This document shows, one piece after another, positions 48,673 to 57,097 of a stretch of 64,000 nt of DNA. Position 1 is the stretch's first letter, and the number at the start of each line of letters is the position of its first letter. Position numbers and translations under genes: made by a program. Origin of the DNA: Thermoplasmatota archaeon (lineage in GTDB: Archaea > Thermoplasmatota > E2 > JACPAO01 > JAHFTW01); NCBI GenBank assembly GCA_041601615.1, contig JBFIHX010000001.1:64001-128000 (forward strand). The letters are read 5' to 3'. Under the pieces are notes generated by a model that saw nothing but the letters and a program-made list of their open reading frames with translations, did not search any database and was not told where the DNA came from.

Positions 48673-48932
48673 TGCCTCGAAGCGGCGTTTGCACCGTGCT
48701 GCGTTTTGCCTGATCGTGGAACAGTTCGCTCATGCAATCGAGATCGCCGCAAGTTGCACCGAGGCCTCTCTTGGGGCCGCCCATCGGTTTGTTGCAAGGG
48801 GCCGGTTTTCGGCCCTCTGCACATCGCTCGATTCTTGGCGCAAGTCCGACGCTCTACCGGCGACCAGTTCGGAGGCCGGGAGAGGCCTGCGCCTTCGCGG
48901 TTGAAGGGCTTCGAGACGGTGTCGCGGGTGGT

Positions 48933-50069
48933 TTAGGGGGGCGTGCAGCGGTAGATCGGTTCGACGCGTCCGTTGTCGTACAGGGCGACGCCGGCTTCGC
49001 AGCCACCGCCTTCGTAGCCGCAGAACGTGGAGGTAGCATGGTCTTGGCAGAAGTCTGCGCTGGCGGCGGCATTGGTTTGGCAGTAGGGGTCGATGACCCA
49101 GAAGGAGTCGTGGGCGTAGTAGCGCACGTCGACGTAGCAGGGTCCGGCGCTGATGTAGCACTGGTAGTAGCCGGGTTTTTGTTGGCACGGGGCGGCGGCG
49201 CTGGGGCCGGCGGTTTGGGCGTGGGGTAGGTGCTCGGCGAGGAAGTCCTTGCAGTCGAGGCCTTGTTCGTGACCGTAGACTTGGTGGGTGTAGTAGCTGC
49301 AGGTGCTGTTTTTGCCGTAGCAGTTGGCGCCGACGACGTAGAAGGCGTCATGGTAGTAGTAGCGGGTTTCGGCGTCGCAGAGGCCTAGGTCTACGCGGCA
49401 TTGTTCGTAGCCGGGCATCTCTTCGCAGGGGTCCCCGGCGGTACCGGAGGGGCTGGACATGGCGGATTCGGTCGTGCTGAGGCGGGGTTTCTGGCAGTCG
49501 GGTTCAATGACGTAGAAGGCGTCGTGGTAGTAGTAGTACGTGTGGACGGTGCAGGGGCCGGCGCGGTATTCGCAGTGCTCGTAGCCGGGGTGCTCGTGGC
49601 ACGGAGCTACGGCGGCGCCGTCGGTGCTGCTCGCGGCCGACAAGGGCAAGCCGCAGTGGGGGTCGAGGATGAATTGCGCGTCGTGGTAGACGTAGTAGAC
49701 GGTCAAGGTGCAGGGGCCGGCGGGGTAGTCGCATTGGCGGTAGCCGGGGTGTTCCTCGCAGAAGTCGCCGTTGCTGGCGTCCACGGGCCAGACGGTGGTG
49801 TAGGTGCTGCCGCAGTGGCGCGTGACTAGGAGGGGCATGGCGTAGGCGTCGACGCCGCAGCGGCTTTTGCCGTCGTTGGGTTGGCATTCTGCGTGGGCGT
49901 GCCAGTCGCCTTGAAAGAGTTCTTCTCCAGCATGACAGCGGCCGAGTTCGACTTCGCAGTATTGATAGCCGTCCAGGGGCCCGTGGCAATCGACGGGTTC
50001 GGCTGCGGCGTTGGGCAGGAAGGACGTGGCGGCCAGCACGAGTGCGGCGGCAAGAAGGATCTGTTTCAT
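48933..50069 (-). CDS. Secreted Cys-module repeat protein (six modules, 28 Cys)
   Basis: Signal peptide ...SFLPNAAA; six C-x8/9-C-x6-C-x16-18-C units, four with PGY and YY.HD motifs. Confidence 0.85.
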   Translation of the reverse strand: MKQILLAAALVLAATSFLPNAAAEPVDCHGPLDGYQYCEVELGRCHAGEELFQGDWHAHAECQPNDGKSRCGVDAYAMPLLVTRHCGSTYTTVWPVDASNGDFCEEHPGYRQCDYPAGPCTLTVYYVYHDAQFILDPHCGLPLSAASSTDGAAVAPCHEHPGYEHCEYRAGPCTVHTYYYYHDAFYVIEPDCQKPRLSTTESAMSSPSGTAGDPCEEMPGYEQCRVDLGLCDAETRYYYHDAFYVVGANCYGKNSTCSYYTHQVYGHEQGLDCKDFLAEHLPHAQTAGPSAAAPCQQKPGYYQCYISAGPCYVDVRYYAHDSFWVIDPYCQTNAAASADFCQDHATSTFCGYEGGGCEAGVALYDNGRVEPIYRCTPP

Positions 50070-50173
50070 GGTCATAACCTTGGTCCGAGGACCACGGCTC
50101 GCACAGCGGGATGAAGGGAAGAGGGTTGGTGGATGGTTCGATTCTATCCAAAGTTCGGCGCTGTGGCGTCCCT

Positions 50174-50587
50174 TTACGGGAGGAGGTACTGCGTGATGTC
50201 GCCGAGCACGAGGGTCACGGGGTAGTTGCCGATAAGGCAAAAGAACTCGGCGGTGGGCGGGGAACTTGTGTAGTACACGATCAGTTCGCAGGGGTTGCGC
50301 GGGTCGTTGTCGCAAACGATTTGGAATTGGGCCGGCGGGGAGAGCTTGAGGTCGTATCCGCAATCGGCGACGCTGTTGCATTCGCCTAGGATGTCGATTT
50401 GGGCTTCCGTGTCTTCTCCTTGGATGAGGGCACAGTCGAAGATCCAGCCACAGTGCAGAAGTCGCGGCATGGGGCCTACGTCGTCGATGGTGCAGGGCCA
50501 GTCTTCAGGAGCCGCGGAGTCGTCGACTTTGGCGCTTCCGGCGGGGACGAGCATAAGGCATGCGAGCATGATGAGCAAAATGCGCAT
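50174..50587 (-). CDS. Secreted eight-cysteine protein related in pattern to the Cys-module family
   Basis: Signal peptide ...VPAGSA; alternating long/short spacing x13,x5,x17,x5,x15,x7,x16; CNSVADC resembles CASIADC of 44714-45211. Confidence 0.75.
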   Translation of the reverse strand: MRILLIMLACLMLVPAGSAKVDDSAAPEDWPCTIDDVGPMPRLLHCGWIFDCALIQGEDTEAQIDILGECNSVADCGYDLKLSPPAQFQIVCDNDPRNPCELIVYYTSSPPTAEFFCLIGNYPVTLVLGDITQYLLP

Positions 50588-50668
50588 GGGCAGCGATTGA
50601 CCCCGAGGTCTTCAAGGTCTCTCGGGACGTTTGGACAACACTATGCCCGGCGGCTGTGTCCGAAGCTT

Positions 50669-51133
50669 GTGCCCGTCACTGTTCGCGCTGCCACGCTCGC
50701 CGATCTGGATGTGCTTGTGTCCAACTGTCTTGGGGTGGCTCGGGAGTCGGAGGGATTGGAGCCGGATCCTGTGCAGGCACGTGCAGCGGCCGAGGCGGCC
50801 CTGACGGATCCTCGCAAGGCGCGGTATTTTGTCGCCGAGGACACGGATTCGGGTGCTGTGGTGGGGAGTTTGTTTGTCACCTTTGAGTGGAGCGATTGGA
50901 AGAACGGTTGGTACTGGTGGATGCAGGGTGTGTTTGTGCAACCAGACCGGCGCGGGGAAGGCATCTATTCGCGCATGTACGAAGCTGTGCACGCGGCGGC
51001 GAGGGCGGCGGGCGACGTTCGCAGCATTCGGTTGTATGTGGACGAGGGCAACGAGGCGGGGCTTCGGGCGTACCGTGGCCACGGCATGACCGAGACGCGA
51101 TATCGCATCTTCGAGGCCATCGTAAGCCAATGA
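50669..51133 (+). CDS. GNAT N-acetyltransferase
   Basis: VRAAT.AD, EWSDW.NG, V.V.P..RGEGI, LYV...N..G...Y...GM. Confidence 0.9.
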   Translation: MPVTVRAATLADLDVLVSNCLGVARESEGLEPDPVQARAAAEAALTDPRKARYFVAEDTDSGAVVGSLFVTFEWSDWKNGWYWWMQGVFVQPDRRGEGIYSRMYEAVHAAARAAGDVRSIRLYVDEGNEAGLRAYRGHGMTETRYRIFEAIVSQ

Positions 51134-51156
51134 TAGGTTGGTGCAAATGGCTCAGT

Positions 51157-51188
51157 TGTTGAAATGGTGCGATGTTGAAATGGTGCGA
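51157..51188. repeat. Perfect tandem duplication of 16 bp (TGTTGAAATGGTGCGA x2)
   Basis: Read directly at 51157-51172 and 51173-51188 in an AT-rich intergenic region. Confidence 0.9.
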
Positions 51189-51383
51189 TTATGTATCTAT
51201 GACATAGCATATCAATCAACAAATGATCCGTAACGCACCATCCTAAAATCAAGCACCCTTTGTACGCACCGCAACCTTCGTTGCCAAGAGACTCTCTGAC
51301 CCACCTGGATTCGAATCCGTAGCTGCATTCTTGTCTCCAAACCACTGCCTGCCGAACGCTCGCGGGCCCCTGAAGCACACTCC

Positions 51384-51482
51384 ATGATTGAAGAAATCAC
51401 CCTTTCCGAAACCGAGGCACGTACGAACATGGGCCGCGGCGAAGCCGACGAGAACAAACGCATCCTCGAGTTGCTCTACTGA
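51384..51482 (+). CDS. Uncalled 32-aa peptide MIEEITLSETEARTNMGRGEADENKRILELLY
   Basis: ATG 51384; stop overlaps the next ATG (TGATG); below the ORF-track length cutoff. Confidence 0.5.
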   Translation: MIEEITLSETEARTNMGRGEADENKRILELLY

Positions 51483-51886
51483 TGAACAAAAAATCCCTAT
51501 CTCCACTCTTGTTGCTCGCGTTCGCAGCGTCCGTCGGGGCGGGCTGCACGATCCAAGTGTTCGCGTCGCGCATTCCGTCCGAGGCCACAGGAACCGCCGT
51601 TGTAGTCGTTACCATGGTGGCCCTGGGATTGATTGCTGCCCTTTGGGGGTACGGCAGCGTGGGTGCTGCGGCGGCAGGAACATGGCTTGGGACATTCATC
51701 GGTGGGACCACGTTACCGGCCCCGTCCGACGACGCACCTTCGTTTGCGGACCCGATTGTGCTCGCTGTGTTGGCAGGAACGTACCTCGTGCTGTTTGCCG
51801 TGCCCGTCTTGATGTCCGGATGGACCGCCCGGCGCCTTCGCAATCGTGGTGGACGATCAAAGTCTGCATTGGGCCGTGAAGCATAA
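51482..51886 (+). CDS. Hypothetical small membrane protein (~4 TM)
   Basis: Four hydrophobic segments and a basic C-terminus. Confidence 0.7.
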   Translation: MNKKSLSPLLLLAFAASVGAGCTIQVFASRIPSEATGTAVVVVTMVALGLIAALWGYGSVGAAAAGTWLGTFIGGTTLPAPSDDAPSFADPIVLAVLAGTYLVLFAVPVLMSGWTARRLRNRGGRSKSALGREA

Positions 51887-51956
51887 CAGGCGCTTGGCCC
51901 CCAATGGACCGTCGGCCCGTCGTCCCTGAACAACACGGTCAAGTCCGCACGCCGCA

Positions 51957-52847
51957 GTGGCCCGCTCGATGCTTGGCGCCACGGGGCTTGCAAAACGCTA
52001 CGGCGACCACGAGGCGGTGCGGGGCTTCGATCTCTCGATTCCAGAGGGTCGCATCGTGGGCCTCGTGGGCAACAATGGTGCCGGCAAAACCACGGTCATC
52101 AAGATGCTCGCGGGCCTCCTGGAGCCAACGTACGGGACGGTTCGGGTGGATGGGCGTGATCCACTCGTGGCGCCGGTTCGTGCCCGCATTGGCTACTTGC
52201 CCGAAGATTCACCCTTGTACGACGACATGACGCCGCTTGGGTATCTTGCCTATTTTGGCGCCTTGTATGGCATGGACCGCCGCACTTGCAAATCTCGCGC
52301 CAAGGTCCTCCTAGGCCGTCTGCGCTTGGAAGAGCGGCATTGGAGCATGAGCATCGGAAAACTCAGCAAAGGCAGCGCTCGCAAAGTGGCCTTGGCTCGA
52401 TGCTTGTTGCATGATCCAGCACTGGTGATCCTGGACGAGCCTCGAAGTGGCCTGGATCCAGCCACACAGCACGTGCTTGATTCGTTCCTATTGGAATTGC
52501 GCGCCGAGGGAAAGGCGATTTTGCTTTCTGCCCATGACCTGGATCAAGTGGAACGGGTCTGTGACGAGGTGTTGGTCTTGGACCACGGCAACGTGGTACT
52601 ACGGGGTACATTGGCAGAATTGCATGGACGCGGCGGACCGATGGAATACCGCATCCGAGCGACTCTGGCGTTTCCTGGCAGCCGCCCAGATGGCACCGAC
52701 CATGTTCGGCACGTCACCAAGTGGCGCGATGTGGAAGCGTGTCTTACTGCGATTCGGGACGCCGATGGTCGCGTGTTGGACCTTGGCAGCGAGTCGCCTC
52801 GCCTTGCGGATGTTCTGCAAAGCCTTGTGGAGTCCGAGTCCGGATGA
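51957..52847 (+). CDS. ABC-2 type transporter ATP-binding protein
   Basis: GNNGAGKTT, GYLPE, LSKG, ILDEP.SGLDP, SAH. Confidence 0.93.
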   Translation: MARSMLGATGLAKRYGDHEAVRGFDLSIPEGRIVGLVGNNGAGKTTVIKMLAGLLEPTYGTVRVDGRDPLVAPVRARIGYLPEDSPLYDDMTPLGYLAYFGALYGMDRRTCKSRAKVLLGRLRLEERHWSMSIGKLSKGSARKVALARCLLHDPALVILDEPRSGLDPATQHVLDSFLLELRAEGKAILLSAHDLDQVERVCDEVLVLDHGNVVLRGTLAELHGRGGPMEYRIRATLAFPGSRPDGTDHVRHVTKWRDVEACLTAIRDADGRVLDLGSESPRLADVLQSLVESESG

Positions 52848-54619
52848 AGGACGCAATCCGGCTTGCCTTGGAGGAGGCTCGGCGCCAAGGTAGCCGCTTC
52901 GACCGGCGCACCCTGATTGTGCTTGCGCTCGTGGGCCTCGTTACTGGCGTCGTCGTGGCACTCGCCCCTCCGCCGGCGCCGAGTCCCGGCACCGACTTGT
53001 TTACCCTGGAAAGTGCCCCAGACAGCCTGTTTCGAGACGCCGCACGGTCCGATCATCGGCTGCGGGTGTTGGACGGGGACGGTTCGAGGTTCCAAGCCGG
53101 CAATGCCGACCTCTATCTTGCAACGGACGCCGTTCACTTCGACCGGGACAACGAGGCGAGCCTTGCTGCTCTCGAAGTACTTGAATCGGCGGTGCGCCGC
53201 TGGATGGACCAACGACTGCTTGCAGAAGCAGACGACGCCGCGGCATTCCCTCTCAGCATCACGCTCGTGTTCGAGCCGCGCACCTTGTCGGTCGCACCGA
53301 ATCCCGAATCCTCGGACCCAGGCCCCCCGGCACCCCCTGCACCACCCACGGACCCAGGAACCGAGGAGCCCGGTCCCGGCAGTGAGGGCGGCCCGGGCGG
53401 AAGCGACGATCCTCCCGAAGCACCCTCGACTCCGAATGTACTGGACACAGCCGAGCCCACGGGCGCCGTGCAGCGCAACATTCGCCCCGAACAAGTGGAG
53501 CCACCGTTTCCCATCCGAAGTCTGCTGCTGACCTTCGCGTACGTCTTGCCCGCTGGCCTATTGGCGCAAGTGCATGCCAGCAACCTCCATGCGGAACGTG
53601 TGCGCCGTCGGGGCGTGTTGCTGCTCTCGGCACCCTTGACCAGCCGCGATATCCTGATTGGCAAAAGTCTGCCCGCACTGGCCCTTACGGTGCTGATTGC
53701 CGCCGTGGTCACCGTCGCCCTGGGAGCAGGCATCCTCGGATTCCTGGCGAGCCTCAGCTTCCTCGGTTTCCTCTTCACGCTCACTACGTTTCTGGCGGTG
53801 CTGGCGCGATCCCCTCGTGAATTGAGCCTCTTGCAAGTGGCGGCCACCACCCTGCTCAATGCGTTTCTGTTTCTGCCCGCCATGTTCCCAAGCTTGCCGC
53901 CCGTGGCGTTTCTGAGCCCGGTGCATGTGGTGGCGGCCGGCATCCGAGGCGACCCCGTAACCATGGGGCAATTCCTGTACGCCACCCTGCCGCTTGGCCT
54001 CGGCGCGCTCGCCCTTGGAGCCCTCGCCATCGGCATGACCCGAGAAGAACTACTGTTCAGTGTACGAAGCGGCACGGCGCGGCTGCTGGATGCCCTCGGC
54101 GCCGTCACCACCAAGCGCCGCCGCGTGCTTCTGGCTGGAATTCTTGTGGTCCCCTTCGTATTCGTGGCCGAATTGATGGTGTTCGTGCTCGCGGCAATCC
54201 TCGGCATCGGCGCTGCACTCGGCATCTTCCTTGGGCTCTCCGTGGTGCTAGAGGAACTTGCCAAAGGCGCCGTGGTTTGGGCAGGCCGCCGACCCGGCAA
54301 ACACCTACCGGAAACCCCCATCACGCCCACTGTGCTCGGGATTCTGGCGGGCGCCGGTTTCTGGGTTGGGGAAAAATCGTACCTGATTCTCACGCTCGTG
54401 GGCTTTGAGGACTTGCCATTTGCGCGAGAAGCGCTCCTCGTGCTTGGCACCGGACCCGGCATCATCGGCATCACCATTCCGCTCTTTTTGCATGTCGCCA
54501 CCGGTCTTGTCATGGCGCACGGAGCGGCGCGAGGCCGAGGCTGGATGGTTGCCGCGTTCTTTGCTGCCGTAGCGCTTCATTTTGGCTACGATGCGGTGCT
54601 CTTGGGAGGGTATCTATGA
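52844..54619 (+). CDS. ABC-2 permease fused to a PrsW-family intramembrane protease
   Basis: ER..RRG.LLLSAP.....I..GK permease motif; PrsW motifs EELAK, G.GF..GE, LH, LH..YD. Confidence 0.82.
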   Translation: MKDAIRLALEEARRQGSRFDRRTLIVLALVGLVTGVVVALAPPPAPSPGTDLFTLESAPDSLFRDAARSDHRLRVLDGDGSRFQAGNADLYLATDAVHFDRDNEASLAALEVLESAVRRWMDQRLLAEADDAAAFPLSITLVFEPRTLSVAPNPESSDPGPPAPPAPPTDPGTEEPGPGSEGGPGGSDDPPEAPSTPNVLDTAEPTGAVQRNIRPEQVEPPFPIRSLLLTFAYVLPAGLLAQVHASNLHAERVRRRGVLLLSAPLTSRDILIGKSLPALALTVLIAAVVTVALGAGILGFLASLSFLGFLFTLTTFLAVLARSPRELSLLQVAATTLLNAFLFLPAMFPSLPPVAFLSPVHVVAAGIRGDPVTMGQFLYATLPLGLGALALGALAIGMTREELLFSVRSGTARLLDALGAVTTKRRRVLLAGILVVPFVFVAELMVFVLAAILGIGAALGIFLGLSVVLEELAKGAVVWAGRRPGKHLPETPITPTVLGILAGAGFWVGEKSYLILTLVGFEDLPFAREALLVLGTGPGIIGITIPLFLHVATGLVMAHGAARGRGWMVAAFFAAVALHFGYDAVLLGGYL

Positions 54620-54762
54620 TGCCCGCCTCGCCACCCAGCAAAACCCCACCCCACTGCAGCCGTATGCCCTGGCGCACCTCTGCACACCTGTTCTCGACGC
54701 AGTTCCCGACGCAGTTCCCGACGCAGACCTGGATGCAGTTTGGCCTCGGAGGTTCCGCATGA
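54616..54762 (+). CDS. Possible 48-aa linker ORF coupled at both ends
   Basis: ATGA overlaps at 54616-54619 and 54759-54762, GGAGG upstream; contains a 12-bp tandem repeat CGACGCAGTTCC. Confidence 0.35.
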   Translation: MMPASPPSKTPPHCSRMPWRTSAHLFSTQFPTQFPTQTWMQFGLGGSA

Positions 54763-55808
54763 CTGCGCTGGCTGCTTTGTCGCGCAAGGAATTGCGGGAT
54801 GTACTTCGCGAAAAGAGCCTCATCACGGCATTCCTGATCCAAATGCTCCTAGCGGGATTCAGCGCCCTCTTGCTTGCCGGCCTTACTGCTTTGCATTCTC
54901 CTGAGACCCTAGACGCCGCCCCGGACGCATCGGTTGCCTATGTGGGGGCACAAGAGTTCGAGGTCTGGTTGCGACAAACCGGAAACTTGGACGTGACCAA
55001 CACTGATGGAGCAAGTGCCGTTGCCGGCTTCCGAGACGGCACCTTCGACGCGGTCATCCAAGAGGAAGCCACGGATCCTGAAGGTGTTCGATCCCTGACA
55101 TTGATTTTGGCGGATGGCGAGTTGGAGACGACGCTCCTGTCCACGCAACTTCGCCAAATGCTCATCGACTACGAGACACAGCTTCGCCAGGAGCGCAGTG
55201 AACGATTGGCACAGACTCTTGTGTTGCTTGACAAGGGACCGCGCTCCGAGACCCCTTATGCGTTCGTCTACACAACCCTGGTGCCATTGCTGGTCATCAC
55301 CCCGGTGTTTCTAAGTGGCGCCATCGCGGGCGATGCACTGAGCCAGGAATCCAAGACCCGGACGCTGTTGATTCTGCGCTCTGCGCCCGTGTCCCCGACG
55401 GTGCTGGTGTTTGGAAAGCTCCTGATCCCAGTTCTTCTGGTGCCTGTGCAGGTTGCCGTCTGGTTGGGGCTGTTTTGGCTCAATGGATTTCCCACGGAAT
55501 CTCCAGGCCTAGTGCTCCTGGCGGCCACCGTCATGGGCGTCTTGCTCACGGCCGCCGGCACCGCCATTGCCGCCACCGTGCGCAACGAAAGCACCACCCA
55601 AGCCGCTTACGCGGTTCTCGTGCTTGCGCTTGGCGTCCTCTCGCTTCTGTTACCGCGTGATCCGCTCAATTTGATCGCGCTGCTGTCCGTGGGCGTCGTG
55701 GAACCCAAAGGAGTGGCAACGCTGTTGCTGTTGTCTGGGCTTGCCGCATTGAGCCTCGTGGTGGCGGTGACGTTCACACGCCGCCGCATCGTCTCCGACG
55801 CGCTCTAG
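54759..55808 (+). CDS. ABC-2 type permease
   Basis: KELRD, E....TL.IL.SAP......GK, six TM helices; GGAGGT RBS. Confidence 0.85.
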   Translation: MTALAALSRKELRDVLREKSLITAFLIQMLLAGFSALLLAGLTALHSPETLDAAPDASVAYVGAQEFEVWLRQTGNLDVTNTDGASAVAGFRDGTFDAVIQEEATDPEGVRSLTLILADGELETTLLSTQLRQMLIDYETQLRQERSERLAQTLVLLDKGPRSETPYAFVYTTLVPLLVITPVFLSGAIAGDALSQESKTRTLLILRSAPVSPTVLVFGKLLIPVLLVPVQVAVWLGLFWLNGFPTESPGLVLLAATVMGVLLTAAGTAIAATVRNESTTQAAYAVLVLALGVLSLLLPRDPLNLIALLSVGVVEPKGVATLLLLSGLAALSLVVAVTFTRRRIVSDAL

Positions 55809-56110
55809 TTGGCGTCCATGCGGAAGGTGCGTGCAAGCACCGTGGCCCCACGCGCTTGGATCCAATCGCGCACAAATGCAACGTGTCCGTCGCTGATGCG
55901 ATACGGCTCCACGTCGGCCTCGCTTGCAAACCCAATGACGAATAGAACGTCTTGGTCCTCGTCGAGGGCGGTGCCGGCGCGAAACGTGGTGACGCCAGGA
56001 AACGTTGGAAACGCGGAGCGGGCCTCCTCCACAACGGCCGCGCGGTCGGCGGTGGTGCGATACGCATCGGCGAATCGAAAGAGGACGATGCGGACAACGG
56101 GGGCATCCAT
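55805..56110 (-). CDS. Dabb family stress-responsive A/B barrel protein
   Basis: IVLFRF, PGV, F.S......Y.....H..FV. Confidence 0.75.
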   Translation of the reverse strand: MDAPVVRIVLFRFADAYRTTADRAAVVEEARSAFPTFPGVTTFRAGTALDEDQDVLFVIGFASEADVEPYRISDGHVAFVRDWIQARGATVLARTFRMDAN

Positions 56111-56186
56111 GGGGCGGGCAGGGGCGCGCCACGCTTGAATCGTGGGCCATGGGCATTTTCTACCCGCGGGGGCAAGGTTGTGAAAA

Positions 56187-56588
56187 TCAGTTCAGGCCGT
56201 TGAAGTCTGGATCCGAACAACTCGAAGCTTCGAAGCCTAGCTCCGTGGCCTCCATGCCGAGTGCGTCTCCTTCTCGAATGCCTGATTCCGTCGGAACGAG
56301 AATGCCGTGGACGAGTTCGCGCATGGCAACCAGGGGCACCAGTTCTTCGACGCTGCCGGCGCGAAGCGGTTTCATGGAAATGGTGCGCACACTTCGGTGA
56401 TCTTCGGATGAGACGTCCATGACCAATGCGCCGTCGATGGTGGCGACCCAGTCGTTGGCGGTGCGGCGGCGGAAGAAGCGGACGCTGGCGGTTTGGTCTT
56501 GCCAGTACTCGAATCGTTCTGTGCTGCCATGGTAGAGGATTTCGACGCGGTGTACGCTGTTCATCACGAGGAGCTTACCGTGTGGCAT
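56187..56588 (-). CDS. Hypothetical protein
   Basis: Globular alpha/beta-like sequence; start uncertain; no family recognised. Confidence 0.45.
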   Translation of the reverse strand: MPHGKLLVMNSVHRVEILYHGSTERFEYWQDQTASVRFFRRRTANDWVATIDGALVMDVSSEDHRSVRTISMKPLRAGSVEELVPLVAMRELVHGILVPTESGIREGDALGMEATELGFEASSCSDPDFNGLN

Positions 56589-57097
56589 ATCAGGGCTTGA
56601 GGTACGGCCGTTGCGCATGGCCAACACTTGTTCTAGACGAAGGGGCGAAAGGGCCCTGTCCCGCCCGCCCAATGGTACCAAAACGGCCTTTCCATGGGAG
56701 TTGTTTGCATCATCATGAGGAGGTTCTGAACCCGGCCTGCGTAGATCTTTTGCAGTTTTGACATATTGGAGTGCGGAATCTCGGGCATTGGAACCGACCA
56801 TAGCGCGACGATCTAGGTCTGATCGGGACGACTCTATTCAATTCCCGAATATCATAGGAGTTTTCACTCATCACTAGGGTTTTTCTTCTCCAGTTCTCGG
56901 ATTGGGTTGGATTTCTCAGGGCTGTGGATGACTGCAAATGCGATACTTTCGGGACAATCCAATTTATGTTTTGTTATACCGACCAGTACACAGAACCAAA
57001 AACAGCGTTCTGCGCCTCCATGCTGGTCTCGACCCCGCCGAGATTCAAAACGGAAACCTTCAAGAGACTAAGGCGCTCCGAAGCTTGGGTGGTCACC

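Noticed and set aside
51157-51188. Repeat containing GTTGAAA, reminiscent of a CRISPR repeat end
   Set aside because: Only two directly adjacent 16-bp copies, no spacers and no cas genes
51182-51209. Resemblance of GGTGCGATTATGTATCTATG to the E. coli dif site
   Set aside because: The alignment needs gaps that break the 11-6-11 geometry, and the inner ATAA-N6-TTAT arms are absent
51307-51318. GGATTCGAATCC, similar to a tRNA T-arm or att-site remnant
   Set aside because: No cloverleaf around it, no extended match to the two tRNAs in the window, and no integrase nearby
51384-51482. Lasso-peptide precursor interpretation of the 32-aa peptide
   Set aside because: Thr is at -3 rather than -2 relative to the candidate Gly1, and no lasso cyclase, B protein or RRE gene is in the window
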